This document shows, piece by piece, positions 49,234-58,713 of a stretch of DNA of 64,000 nt. The notes under the pieces are model-generated. The model had not been told where the DNA came from, ran no database searches, and was given only the letters and a program-made list of their open reading frames with translations. Both the position numbers and the translations under genes were made by a program. Every line of letters starts with the position of its first letter. Positions within the stretch are counted from its first letter, which is position 1. Source of the DNA: Candidatus Woesearchaeota archaeon (GTDB taxonomy: Archaea; Nanobdellota; Nanobdellia; Woesearchaeales; 0-14-0-80-44-23); the NCBI GenBank assembly GCA_038874135.1, contig JAVZCZ010000001.1:751219-815218 (forward strand), written 5' to 3'.

Positions 49234-50730
49234 CTATTTTATCACAACCATGTCGCTTCCAATGTTCTTAAGAAACTCAACTGCAGACTCCAACCTTTCC
49301 CTGTTTGAAGAATATAGTGTCAGGATTGGTTCTCCGACATTTACTTGACTGTCCACATGCTTATAGAGGTATATCCCTGCCAGCTTATCTTTGGGAGTTC
49401 CAGCTGCTCGGCACACCTGTGCAATGAGCTGGCTGTCAATGTGTGCTATCCTCCCGCTGTTATAGGCAGTCATCGTGTAGGAGAACCTTCCAGGGGAGAG
49501 CTCCTTCTCGTCAGGAACTCTTCCCCCCTGAGCTTCAATTATCTCCGTGAATTTTCTGAGAGCCCTTCCAGATTCAAGTATCTCCTTGGCAAGCTTATAC
49601 CCCTGCCCTTTCTTTGCCTTTCCACCCATTTCTAACAGCTTGGCTGCCATCTTAAGAGATTTCTCTTTAAGGTCCAAAGGCATTCCCGGCTTGTTCTGAA
49701 GTATTCTTAATATATCTCTCATCTCCAACAGGGCACCTATGCCATTGCCTATTGGTTGAGAACCGTCACTCAGCATAACCTCAAATTTTATATCCAGCGC
49801 CTTTCCAATCTCTACAAACATCCTTGCAAGCTTTTTCGCTTCAAATACACTTTCAACCTTAGCACCCTTCCCTACAGGTATGTCTATCAGCACATGAGTT
49901 GCAGAGACGGACTTCTTCTTAGCTATTATACTTGCCAACATCTGCGATGGAGAATCTATCCCCAGAGGATATTCCAGCCTAATTATCGTGTCATCTGCAG
50001 GTGCCAGAGAAACTGCACCTCCCCAGACGATACATCCTCCAGTTTTCTGAACTATGCTCTTTATCTCATCTACTCCAAAGGAAACATTTGCTATGACTTC
50101 AATAGTGTCAGCAGTGCCGGCTGGACTGGTAATTGCTCTAGAGCTTGTTTTCGGGATTAAAAGCCCCGCCTCAGCCACTATTGGAACAACAATGGGCGTT
50201 GTCCTATTGCCAGCAACACCGCCTATGCAGTGCAAGTCAAATACGGGAGGCTCAAATTTTATCGTTTCCCCACTTTCAACCATCGCTTTAGTAAGTGCAA
50301 TGGTCTCCCTAAGCGTAGTTGGCCTCATGTAGCATGCAGCTATAAAATATGATATCTCGCTTTCTGAAAGGCGATTTTCAACGATATCTCTGACTATCTG
50401 GCTCATCTCTTGAGGTGTGAGCTCCTTGCCTTCCATCTTCTTTCTTATCAACGACACTGACAGCGGCTTTCCTTCAGGCTGAACCTCAACAATTTCGCCG
50501 CCCTTACATTTAAGTTTGGAAGCAACCTCTTCAAAAACAGCTATCCTGCCCTTAGGCACAAGCTTTTTGTTCTTAGCTATATCAATTATTGCTACAACAT
50601 CAATCCCCTGCTTCTTTATCAGAACTCTGTCGCCGTAGTGAAGGTCCAGTTTAACCGCATCACTCTCATTCAGCACTACTATCGGTGCATCTCCAGTTCC
50701 TATGCCTAAAAGCATTGTTCTCAATTTCAT
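49234..50730 (-). CDS. deoA: AMP phosphorylase (archaeal thymidine-phosphorylase family)
   Basis: 498 aa. The extra N-terminal domain is typical of archaeal AMPpase. Phosphate-binding motif HCIGGVAGNRTT...SSRAITSPAGTADTIE. Confidence 0.75.
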   Translation of the reverse strand: MKLRTMLLGIGTGDAPIVVLNESDAVKLDLHYGDRVLIKKQGIDVVAIIDIAKNKKLVPKGRIAVFEEVASKLKCKGGEIVEVQPEGKPLSVSLIRKKMEGKELTPQEMSQIVRDIVENRLSESEISYFIAACYMRPTTLRETIALTKAMVESGETIKFEPPVFDLHCIGGVAGNRTTPIVVPIVAEAGLLIPKTSSRAITSPAGTADTIEVIANVSFGVDEIKSIVQKTGGCIVWGGAVSLAPADDTIIRLEYPLGIDSPSQMLASIIAKKKSVSATHVLIDIPVGKGAKVESVFEAKKLARMFVEIGKALDIKFEVMLSDGSQPIGNGIGALLEMRDILRILQNKPGMPLDLKEKSLKMAAKLLEMGGKAKKGQGYKLAKEILESGRALRKFTEIIEAQGGRVPDEKELSPGRFSYTMTAYNSGRIAHIDSQLIAQVCRAAGTPKDKLAGIYLYKHVDSQVNVGEPILTLYSSNRERLESAVEFLKNIGSDMVVIK

Positions 50731-50736
50731 CTTAAT

Positions 50737-51819
50737 TCACTCCGCTTCTCCTCGCCAGTATTCATCCTTGTATATCTTTAAAAATGTTGAGAAAAGGGCA
50801 AGTACTACAGGCCCTATAAACACGCCCACAACCCCAAAAAACATTATGCCCCCAACTGTTCCAAACATAACTATCAGTGGATGAGTTTTTATCTTGCTGC
50901 CAACTATCTTAGGCCTGAGAAGATTGTCAATCGTACTAACTATTATGGCTCCATAAGCAAATATGAATATCCCATTTTTGAGCATCGCAATATTGTCCAT
51001 GCTTATTCCCTTTATGACATGGTAAGCAGATATTGGAAGCCAAATTGCTACTGCTCCCATGAATGGAATCAGAGCTGCTATTACTGTAAAGAATCCCCAG
51101 ATGAGGGCTGCCTTGACACCAAACAGGTAGAATCCGAAAGCAGCTAACGCTCCTTGTACAACTGCTATAACTATGTTTCCATATATTACTCCATTCAGAG
51201 TCGTAATCACCCTCTTAGCAGCTTCTTTTTTATGACTCTCTTTTATCATCAAAGTGTCCCAAATGGATTTGTATATCTCTTCCGCATCTCTTAAAAAGAA
51301 GAACATGGTAAAGAATATTATGAAAAGGTGAAATGCAACTCCAGGTATTATTTTTATGAGAGAAGCAATGTTCTGAGTAATGAACGAAGTGAAGTTGGAG
51401 ATCATCTCAAGTGAGATCTTATTGAATGGCTGCGTATACATAACCTTGCTGATAAGAGAGTAGATGGTGCAGGCTATCTTTCCATCATCTTTACACCCAA
51501 CACCGGTATAGCTCTGCTCTATGAACTGTTGGACCACAGCATAAGAACCTGAAAGTTCACTGAGCAGACGATTTATAAGCAGAACTGATGGGACTGCAAT
51601 CAAAAGAAATGCAAGCACACTCACAACTCCAGCAGATAAGTTCTTATTGTTAATCCTTCTAAGGATAAACCTGTAAAGTGGGCTGAAGGTGTAAGAGAAT
51701 AAGAAAGCCATAAAAATGTCTACAAAAAAAGGTCTTACTATCAAAAAAGAGAGCACTGCCAGACTGCACAGAATGAATATTAAAAAATACTTAGAAGTGG
51801 CTCCATCCCTCTTTTTCAT
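50737..51819 (-). CDS. AI-2E family transporter (PerM-like permease)
   Basis: 360 aa with about 8 TM helices. Architecture resembles the AI-2E/UPF0118 family. Confidence 0.55.
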   Translation of the reverse strand: MKKRDGATSKYFLIFILCSLAVLSFLIVRPFFVDIFMAFLFSYTFSPLYRFILRRINNKNLSAGVVSVLAFLLIAVPSVLLINRLLSELSGSYAVVQQFIEQSYTGVGCKDDGKIACTIYSLISKVMYTQPFNKISLEMISNFTSFITQNIASLIKIIPGVAFHLFIIFFTMFFFLRDAEEIYKSIWDTLMIKESHKKEAAKRVITTLNGVIYGNIVIAVVQGALAAFGFYLFGVKAALIWGFFTVIAALIPFMGAVAIWLPISAYHVIKGISMDNIAMLKNGIFIFAYGAIIVSTIDNLLRPKIVGSKIKTHPLIVMFGTVGGIMFFGVVGVFIGPVVLALFSTFLKIYKDEYWRGEAE

Positions 51820-51847
51820 CCTCGCATTCCCTTTCCTAGTTGAAAAA

Positions 51848-51920
51848 TGGGCCCGCCCGGATTCGAACCGGGGACCTTCTGCACGTCAAGCAGACGTCAT
51901 AGCCTCTAGACTACGAGCCC
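51848..51920 (-). tRNA. tRNA-Val(GAC)
   Basis: Reverse complement folds as GGGCTCG acceptor, anticodon loop TTGACGT and T-arm CCCGG-TTCGAAT-CCGGG, 73 nt. Confidence 0.8.
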
Positions 51921-52007
51921 TCTTTCTAAAACAAACATTCCATCCTTATTTAAATATTTCGCCAAATATCAAAATGTTTAAAAATAACTGAATATGCTCT
52001 CCATCCT

Positions 52008-52093
52008 GCGGGGGTATCAAAGGCTGGTCAAATGAGCGGGACTTAAGATCCCGTCCCCTAGCGGGTTCGGGGGTTCAAATCCCTCCCCCCGCA
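52008..52093 (+). tRNA. tRNA-Leu(TAA)
   Basis: Acceptor GCGGGGG/CCCCCGC, anticodon stem CGGGA/TCCCG with loop CTTAAGA, long variable arm, 86 nt. Confidence 0.8.
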
Positions 52094-52138
52094 TTTAACC
52101 GATTGTTTTAAAAACAAAGCCAGATTCCAGGAGTTTGC

Positions 52139-52245
52139 GCCTCTGTAGCTCAGTGGTAGAGCGCCACCTTGGTATATTCCGCAGTCAACCCAGGCTTGGA
52201 ATTGCAGAAAGGTGGAGGTCGCGAGTTCAATCCTCGCCAGAGGCT
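52139..52245 (+). tRNA. tRNA-Thr(GGT) with a ~35-nt intron at the canonical 37/38 position
   Basis: Acceptor GCCTCTG/CAGAGGC, D-arm GCTC-AGTGGTA-GAGC, anticodon stem CCACC/GGTGG separated by 42 nt (loop TTGGTA + intron + A), T-arm GCGAG-TTCAATC-CTCGC. Confidence 0.7.
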
Positions 52246-52760
52246 TACTTTACAAATCGGTACATGTTCAGAAAGCTCTTGATTGTTGCTTCTATGTCTG
52301 CAGTGTCGGAGCTTACTATGTTCTCAAAGTGTTGAGTGTAGTTTTTATAGAAAAACTTGTCGTAAACCGTTCTCATAAAGAAATAGAAAGGCGTCTGCTC
52401 CCACCTGCCTTCATAATCAGTTTCAAGATAGGAATCAACTTTTACTTCCATTTCACCCTGATTGAGTAAAGCCTTATGCCCGTCTATCTCAACTTCTACA
52501 TCCTTAAGGTCTCGTATAATGATTTGAAGCCTTATTACAGATTTGGCATAATCACTCATCTTCTTGAAAGGCATCATGTCTATATCTATAAACTTGCCAG
52601 ACTGTTTAACATGCTCTTCATTCTTTATCTCCCGCCTGTCATACCCTTTCTCTTTTAGCCATTCGTTTATTATCCTGTAAAGCTCGTTAAAGCTGAAGAG
52701 TCCAGAATACTTTATCACACGCCCCTGCACTACAGGCATCTGCTCTGACATTCTTATCAC
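52245..52760 (-). CDS. Hypothetical protein, tandem paralogue A
   Basis: 171 aa, clearly homologous to the adjacent 52761-53276 product (YKG.F..N.LY......WL.E.G.D; DVEV..DG.K). Confidence 0.5.
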   Translation of the reverse strand: MIRMSEQMPVVQGRVIKYSGLFSFNELYRIINEWLKEKGYDRREIKNEEHVKQSGKFIDIDMMPFKKMSDYAKSVIRLQIIIRDLKDVEVEIDGHKALLNQGEMEVKVDSYLETDYEGRWEQTPFYFFMRTVYDKFFYKNYTQHFENIVSSDTADIEATIKSFLNMYRFVK

Positions 52761-53276
52761 CTACACCATGCTTCCAGTTCCTTCCATTCCGAGGTATGCC
52801 TTAACATCTTCATAAAATCTTAACACATAATAATAAAGAGGGTCTACATGCTTAAAATCCAAATCCTGTCTCAAAACATACTTGTCAAAGAACTCCTGCA
52901 TTTTAATTAAGAATTTGCTTTCATCCCACAAAGTTTTTCCATACTCATCAGGATAATCAGTCTGAACCTTTCCTGAAAAAGTTATTATCACGCGGGCATC
53001 CTGCATCTTCTTCTTTTCCCCATCTTTTATAACCTCAACATCCCTTACGCCGTAAAAGTGAAATTCCACGCTTATAACATACTTGACATATCCTGTGATT
53101 TTTTTTTCAGCCTCCCAGCTCAGCTCAATCTCAGGAGGCTTGTGCTTATACTTCCTTTCATAAAAATCAAAACCCTCATTTATAAGCCAGTTAGACATGA
53201 ACTTGTAAAGCCCATTTATGTCAAAGATGCCCTTATATTTCAGAACAGTGTTGGGAAGCTTTATCTCTCTCATCAA
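52761..53276 (-). CDS. Hypothetical protein, tandem paralogue B
   Basis: 171 aa, abuts paralogue A with no gap. Confidence 0.5.
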   Translation of the reverse strand: MMREIKLPNTVLKYKGIFDINGLYKFMSNWLINEGFDFYERKYKHKPPEIELSWEAEKKITGYVKYVISVEFHFYGVRDVEVIKDGEKKKMQDARVIITFSGKVQTDYPDEYGKTLWDESKFLIKMQEFFDKYVLRQDLDFKHVDPLYYYVLRFYEDVKAYLGMEGTGSMV

Positions 53277-53341
53277 AACCCTTTAAAGAAAAGTTTGTTT
53301 ATAAAAGTTTCCCTATTATTCCAGCAGTGCGCTTCGCATTT

Positions 53342-53884
53342 TTAGAGTTTACTTCTGCACTCAACGCAAACCAGCATGTCTTTTACTCTGTATAACTTCT
53401 TGGCAGGATTTCCGCAGAGCTCGCAAACTGAATTGCTAATTGTCCTTACAGGCTTATGTTCCTCTTCCCTTATCTCAAACTTTTCTACTATTAGATCAAA
53501 AAGCTCCGGCTGTATCTTTAAGATGTCCTTAATTGTCAGCAGCCCGATTATGTTCTGTCCGTCCACTATTGGAAGGTGCCTTATGTTGTTGTCCCTCATC
53601 TTTATCAGAGCATTGTATATGTCGGCTTCAGGCCCTATTGTTATTAGCTTCTTGACCATCAGCTTCTTCACAGGAACTTTTGAGCAGTCAATGTTTTGAG
53701 CAACTGCCTTTCTGACAATGTCCTGCTCGGTTATTATGCCTCTAAGCTTCTTGCCCTCAGTTATTAGTAATCCCCCAACATGCTTCTGCTTCATTATCCT
53801 AGCACAATCGCAGATGCTGGTTTCAGGACTAACCGTTATGGGCTCCCTAGTCATTGCGTCGCATACCTTATACCCAGTTTTCAT
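53342..53884 (-). CDS. CBS-domain pair protein with a C-terminal zinc ribbon
   Basis: Two CBS motifs (...HVGGLLIT..GKLRGIITEQDI...) and a C-terminal CELCGN...CVECR. Confidence 0.7.
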   Translation of the reverse strand: MKTGYKVCDAMTREPITVSPETSICDCARIMKQKHVGGLLITEGKKLRGIITEQDIVRKAVAQNIDCSKVPVKKLMVKKLITIGPEADIYNALIKMRDNNIRHLPIVDGQNIIGLLTIKDILKIQPELFDLIVEKFEIREEEHKPVRTISNSVCELCGNPAKKLYRVKDMLVCVECRSKL

Positions 53885-53951
53885 TCTGAGATGAAGTAAC
53901 CCTCAGATGCTTATAAAGATTATTATAAAATAAAACAACAATAAAAAAGGT

Positions 53952-55820
53952 CTATGCGTTTATTAGAATTTCCATTTTTGGACCGAATATTTTTTTTAGA
54001 GACTCAAAGCTTTTCTCCTTTATGAACACCACAGGCGCTTTTTCCAGCTTTGCAAGTTCAGAGTCCATCTCTTCAAAGCTGCTTTCTCTCAACTCAGATA
54101 TCTCGCCATCCTCATTCACATTTGCCATTTGAACCTTCTTCCCCTCCTGCTCTGTCTTTATTATGAAGGCGGCCTTTTCCAGCATTATTACTTCTGCATA
54201 TTTATTTTCATCATACTTTATCTTGATCTTTACTCGTTCAATCTGCTGTACATGGTACCTCTGCAGATATTCTATAACATACTTTATAAATTCGGAGAAG
54301 GAATTCTTGAGCCTTTGAAGCTCCGCCTTGTCCAGTTTTCGTTCTTCGTAATCTTTTTTTCCCTTGATTATCTCTCTAAGTAGCCTGCTGAACTTTTCAG
54401 GCATCTTTCCAGTGTTAACAAGATGCTTTTCAAACAGTTCGGCAATTTCTTCTTCTGAAGCTTGAGTTATGCCTTCTGTTTTTAGAATGTCTCTTACAGC
54501 GGTTATAGTGCTTTCATATATGCTCCTCATGCTTTCCTCTTCTTTCATCTTGTTTATCTGGCTAAATAGGCGTTGTATCCTCTTTAGATATGCCTTTGCG
54601 TCTGTGAGAAGCTGGTCTATCTCTTTTCCAGTCAGCTCCTTCTTTTCCCCATGCTCAATGTCTTTTCTTACTTTTATATTTCTCTCTAATATGTCAACAT
54701 ATTTTTCTTCTAGAAGTCCTTCTTTCTTTACAAAGATTTCTCGCATCATCTCAGCAGTTTCTCTAGGAGCTGGCGGTGGCACGCCGTACAGCATTAGAGC
54801 TGCCTGTGATGGGGTAAGAATTGCATAGTATATGTCTTCCATTCCTATATCTTTCAGTTTCGTCTCAACATGGTTGAGCATCTGTTCTCCCGTGCTCATA
54901 AACATGTCTATTGCTTCCTGAGAGGGCTTTATCCTACCCATCTTTAAAAGCTGCTTCCAAGGCATAAATATTCCTCTATCGTATAATGGCACTCCGTCCC
55001 TCAACAGGGTGAATATTATTGGATTCGCTTCTCTGAGAGAGTCCCAGAAGTCAGTAAGTATGTACACTTGTATGTTTAGCTTATTTTTTATTCCTGTAAT
55101 CTCTCCGGCTTCTATTCCCATGCTTATTATTATTGCCCTCAGCTTGTCTTTGAGCTCAGCTCTAGTCATTCTCTTAACATCAGTGTCGTCAATAACAACC
55201 CACACGTCAATATCTGAATTCTTAGTTGCCTTCCCCTTAACAAGAGATCCTGCTAATACGTAACTCACTATGTACTTCTCAAATTTCTTAATTACCATTG
55301 ACTTGTGAATTTCTCCAATCTTTATTGCAGAGAGCATTCCATTGTCATAAACTGGCGCCGCCATTGCTATTGTTTGTAAAAGCTCATATTTACCGTCGTA
55401 GCAGGACTGCCACAGCTCTGAAAGTAGCACAGTTTTGGGCACCAGCTTTTCATCTACTTCTCTTGCCATCTGCTCAACTATTGATGCCAGCTTTAGAGAA
55501 AGCTCGTCTTTGCTCATCTTCTTTGAATCAGAATCATCAACTAGGATTAGTAAAGGAAGCTGCTGTTTTCCATCTTTTTTCTCATCTTCCTTATTTTCAG
55601 GCGGGAGCAGTGCTATCCCAACCACATAGTTTGAGAACTTTTCTAAAAGTCTCTTCTTAAACTCGTCAATCTTTCCCTTTAATTCCAGAATGTTCTTCTT
55701 AGTCTCTTCCGGAAGCTGCGTAATGAGTTTGTCAGTATCATTACTTTCAGCCTGCTGATTAATTCCCATTTTTTGAGAATTATCATTTTTTTCTTCTGCC
55801 TTTTTCCTTGCCATAAACAT
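53952..55820 (-). CDS. Hypothetical protein with two nucleotidyltransferase-like motifs and a possible HEPN-like Rx4H motif
   Basis: GS...DIDVWVVIDD (Pol-beta NTase signature), a second degenerate LLILVDDSD, and RKDIEH. Confidence 0.45.
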   Translation of the reverse strand: MFMARKKAEEKNDNSQKMGINQQAESNDTDKLITQLPEETKKNILELKGKIDEFKKRLLEKFSNYVVGIALLPPENKEDEKKDGKQQLPLLILVDDSDSKKMSKDELSLKLASIVEQMAREVDEKLVPKTVLLSELWQSCYDGKYELLQTIAMAAPVYDNGMLSAIKIGEIHKSMVIKKFEKYIVSYVLAGSLVKGKATKNSDIDVWVVIDDTDVKRMTRAELKDKLRAIIISMGIEAGEITGIKNKLNIQVYILTDFWDSLREANPIIFTLLRDGVPLYDRGIFMPWKQLLKMGRIKPSQEAIDMFMSTGEQMLNHVETKLKDIGMEDIYYAILTPSQAALMLYGVPPPAPRETAEMMREIFVKKEGLLEEKYVDILERNIKVRKDIEHGEKKELTGKEIDQLLTDAKAYLKRIQRLFSQINKMKEEESMRSIYESTITAVRDILKTEGITQASEEEIAELFEKHLVNTGKMPEKFSRLLREIIKGKKDYEERKLDKAELQRLKNSFSEFIKYVIEYLQRYHVQQIERVKIKIKYDENKYAEVIMLEKAAFIIKTEQEGKKVQMANVNEDGEISELRESSFEEMDSELAKLEKAPVVFIKEKSFESLKKIFGPKMEILINA

Positions 55821-55927
55821 CTCCTCTATTTTTTCTTACTTTACCACTTACTTTACCGGCATATATAAAGGTTTCCAAACAAAGTTTTAAATAATCATCT
55901 GTCTTCTAACCCTACAGGTGGTTTAAT

Positions 55928-56542
55928 ATGGGAGTTGACTATGCTAAGATTGAGCAGAGGATACTTGACGAGGCACTTCCGGGAGCCGAAACCTTGGAGT
56001 CCTTGATATATGGAGCTTACTATAAAATTCTGGATTCTGATGAGCTGCACTATAAAGAGCACGCATTTGAAGATGTTCATAAGGATAAACTTGTAAATGA
56101 GATTATCAGTAGATTGAAGCAGTTCTTTTTGGCGAAAAACGAGGACTACAAGCAAATGGACAAGGAGCTGTTTGATAAGAATTTTAACGATTATATAATG
56201 AAAAGCGTTTTCGGTATAACTCCTTCTGAGCTAAGAGAACAGTTCATGGATTTAAAAAGGATAACTCATCAACACATAAGCCAAATCGCATCCTCAATCT
56301 CTAGAAACTATTATTCTTATACAGTGCATTCTGCCTTTTCCGACATTAAAAGTTTAAGTGACATCAAGGGCGCTTTTGACTACCTCAAAAACAGCTACAA
56401 GTCTTTAGGTATTAATCCTCCAGATTTTGAAAAGAAGATTGCCGAGTCACCTAATAAACTGCCCATGGATATTGTAAAGCAGCACTACTTAGAGGTTGCA
56501 AGCCAGAAGTATGAAAATAAGCTGAAACAGAAGTATTCTTAA
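55928..56542 (+). CDS. Hypothetical protein
   Basis: 204-aa ORF with coding-like composition. No recognised family. Confidence 0.4.
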   Translation: MGVDYAKIEQRILDEALPGAETLESLIYGAYYKILDSDELHYKEHAFEDVHKDKLVNEIISRLKQFFLAKNEDYKQMDKELFDKNFNDYIMKSVFGITPSELREQFMDLKRITHQHISQIASSISRNYYSYTVHSAFSDIKSLSDIKGAFDYLKNSYKSLGINPPDFEKKIAESPNKLPMDIVKQHYLEVASQKYENKLKQKYS

Positions 56543-56569
56543 CTTTTAACTTTTGCAGCTAAAATTTTT

Positions 56570-57238
56570 TTATCTTAACTTTTTTGAAAGCCCGCTGGCT
56601 ATAAAGCCGAATGGAGCCATGAGCCAGCTTCCTCCTGCAAGTGTTTTCTTTAAACGGATTGCTTTTTCCAATGAAAGGGATTCTGAAAATGTAGTGTAGC
56701 CCGATCCAACTTCAAAAGGGAAGTGCGCATCAGAGCCACCTGTTCTTGCAATTTTGTACTTCTGAGCTGCAACTTCTGCATTCCTGTTTGCTCCAGGCAC
56801 TATGTTTCTCGCGTTAAATGTTTCAATTGCATCCACAACTTTAGCTGCCCTTTTGAGATCTCCGCTGAAATTCTTCCTGAACCGCGTAAAGGGGTGCGCT
56901 ATTGAGCAGAGAGCCCCCTGCCGTCTTATCTCATCTATAACATCTTCAAACCTGCCCGGGCGTATCCTCTCATTAAGATAATACGCAAGTATCTCCCCCT
57001 TATCAGTAAGGATTTCCTCTCCAATCACAACTTCAAAAGTTTTGTTAGAAAATAGCTTCTTTGCAAGCTTCTTGGCTTCTAAAGCACCTCTAATCTCGTT
57101 GTGGTCTGTTATTGCAATACCATCTAGCCCTCTAATCTTCGCGAACCTCAAAGTGTCTTTAATGCTCTGAAAACTGCATTTGGAGTAAATCGTGTGGCAG
57201 TGAAGATCATACCTAAGCTTTTTCTCATCCGAGTCCAT
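56570..57238 (-). CDS. PHP-domain metal-dependent phosphoesterase
   Basis: DLHCHT...GLDGIAITDHN...SDAH motifs. Confidence 0.7.
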   Translation of the reverse strand: MDSDEKKLRYDLHCHTIYSKCSFQSIKDTLRFAKIRGLDGIAITDHNEIRGALEAKKLAKKLFSNKTFEVVIGEEILTDKGEILAYYLNERIRPGRFEDVIDEIRRQGALCSIAHPFTRFRKNFSGDLKRAAKVVDAIETFNARNIVPGANRNAEVAAQKYKIARTGGSDAHFPFEVGSGYTTFSESLSLEKAIRLKKTLAGGSWLMAPFGFIASGLSKKLR

Positions 57239-57286
57239 GCTCGCAGTTTTTCTCAGGTTAAATATAAAACTTGTGCTTCCGCAAAA

Positions 57287-57294
57287 TTTTTATA
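57287..57294 (+). promoter_or_regulatory. TATA-box-like element upstream of tRNA-Gly
   Basis: TTTTATAA about 30 bp upstream of the tRNA 5' end. Confidence 0.3.
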
Positions 57295-57322
57295 ACCTTA
57301 TCAGATAATCAAAAACCTGTGT

Positions 57323-57394
57323 GCGGCCGTGGTCTAGCGGCTATGATTCGAGCTTCCCAAGCTTGCGACCCGGGTTCGAATCCCGGCGGCCGCA
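57323..57394 (+). tRNA. tRNA-Gly(CCC)
   Basis: Acceptor GCGGCCG/CGGCCGC, anticodon stem CGAGC/GCTTG with loop TTCCCAA, T-arm CCGGG-TTCGAAT-CCCGG, discriminator A, 72 nt. Confidence 0.8.
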
Positions 57395-57465
57395 TTTTTC
57401 ACTTCTTAATAGAGAAAAAATTTAAATATTGCACTGTCTAAAGAGTTTTTGTAGGGGGTGTTTTT

Positions 57466-58713
57466 ATGAAAGCTTGGAAGAAGTTTTTAGTCGGCGCTGT
57501 TGTTGGTGGGGCTCTGCTCGTATCAGCTTTAGTGCCAAGCTGTCAGAAGCAGCATTCAAACTTTTACATCCTTGATGAGTGGGCGGTTATGGAAGGATGC
57601 ACTTCAAGTTCAAATTTTTCAGCAAAGGGCGTTCCTAAGCTGGAGATGATTGTTAAGCAGCCGGTTGTCTACATAAGGTCTGAATCTGAGATGGATGATT
57701 TGGATTTAAGGTTTGAGCTTCCCACTATTTCAAGTAGGAATTCCGTATTAGTATACCCTCAAGCTTCAGTTTCTGAAAGCGCTGTTGAGTGGAACAATGT
57801 TAAAGTGTTCAGCTCTATTAACAAGGTTGTAAATCCTGCGAAATCAGGAAACTCAGACCTGGACGCTCTGCTAGATGTACTTGGAGAGACCGATTCAAAC
57901 ATATTAAGTGTCGGTTCAACAAGGTCAAAATTCTTATTTTATGAGGCGGAGCTTAAATTTTCAAATCCGGTCAGAATCTCTTATGATAATGAAGAGGTGC
58001 GAATAAGAAACATTGCAGATTACACATTAGAAAATTTGGTTTTTTCTGCAGAGTTTCCGACAGGGGAAAGTCCAATCTTCGGCAGGAACTACTTTGCAAC
58101 TGCAGCCAAGCTTAATCCTGGAGAGGAGCTTGTGCTTAAACTTTCAGAGAATGCTCCTGAATATTCAATATTTAAGGATGACCTAATTAGATTGGGCTTT
58201 TCTGAGCGGGAGGCTGATGCATTCGTAAATACTTGGGCTTCAAAGCTTTTAAACCCAGGAATTCAAGGGCGATCTGCACAGCTGACCTTTAGGATTCCTG
58301 AAAAAGAATATGACAAAATAATCCCGTTAAAGGCAAATCCCGTTCCGAAAGATACAAACAGAGCAATGTATGTTCTGTTAGATGCTGGCTCATGCCTTAA
58401 ACCAAGTTCAGAATTATATGAGAAATATGCACAAATACTTCCGGCAGAAGCTCTGGCGCTTCTTAGAAATCCAGATTCCAAGTGGCAGCTGACTGCAGAT
58501 CCTGATTATAAGAAGTCAGAGGTAACATGCGAGGCGTGCGGCTGGATATGCTACTCAACACCAGTCCCATTTGAGTATGTTATCTCAGGAGATAGAGGAG
58601 ATCAGCTTGAGATTAGAATTAGAAATGTGCAGTGCTTCGGCAGGGTGCCAATCTTCTATTATAATAGCAAGGAATTTAGGCCTTCCCTCTCTCTTGAAGA
58701 TGTGGACAAGTAA
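57466..58713 (+). CDS. Hypothetical secreted or lipoprotein-like protein
   Basis: N-terminal hydrophobic signal ending in Cys (LVSALVPSC). 415 aa. Confidence 0.4.
   Translation: MKAWKKFLVGAVVGGALLVSALVPSCQKQHSNFYILDEWAVMEGCTSSSNFSAKGVPKLEMIVKQPVVYIRSESEMDDLDLRFELPTISSRNSVLVYPQASVSESAVEWNNVKVFSSINKVVNPAKSGNSDLDALLDVLGETDSNILSVGSTRSKFLFYEAELKFSNPVRISYDNEEVRIRNIADYTLENLVFSAEFPTGESPIFGRNYFATAAKLNPGEELVLKLSENAPEYSIFKDDLIRLGFSEREADAFVNTWASKLLNPGIQGRSAQLTFRIPEKEYDKIIPLKANPVPKDTNRAMYVLLDAGSCLKPSSELYEKYAQILPAEALALLRNPDSKWQLTADPDYKKSEVTCEACGWICYSTPVPFEYVISGDRGDQLEIRIRNVQCFGRVPIFYYNSKEFRPSLSLEDVDK

Noticed and set aside
54129-55660. Several 60-120-aa plus-strand ORFs opposite the 622-aa NTase-like gene
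   Set aside because: Antisense, hydrophobic or low-complexity, and shorter than the conserved-motif-bearing minus-strand gene they overlap.
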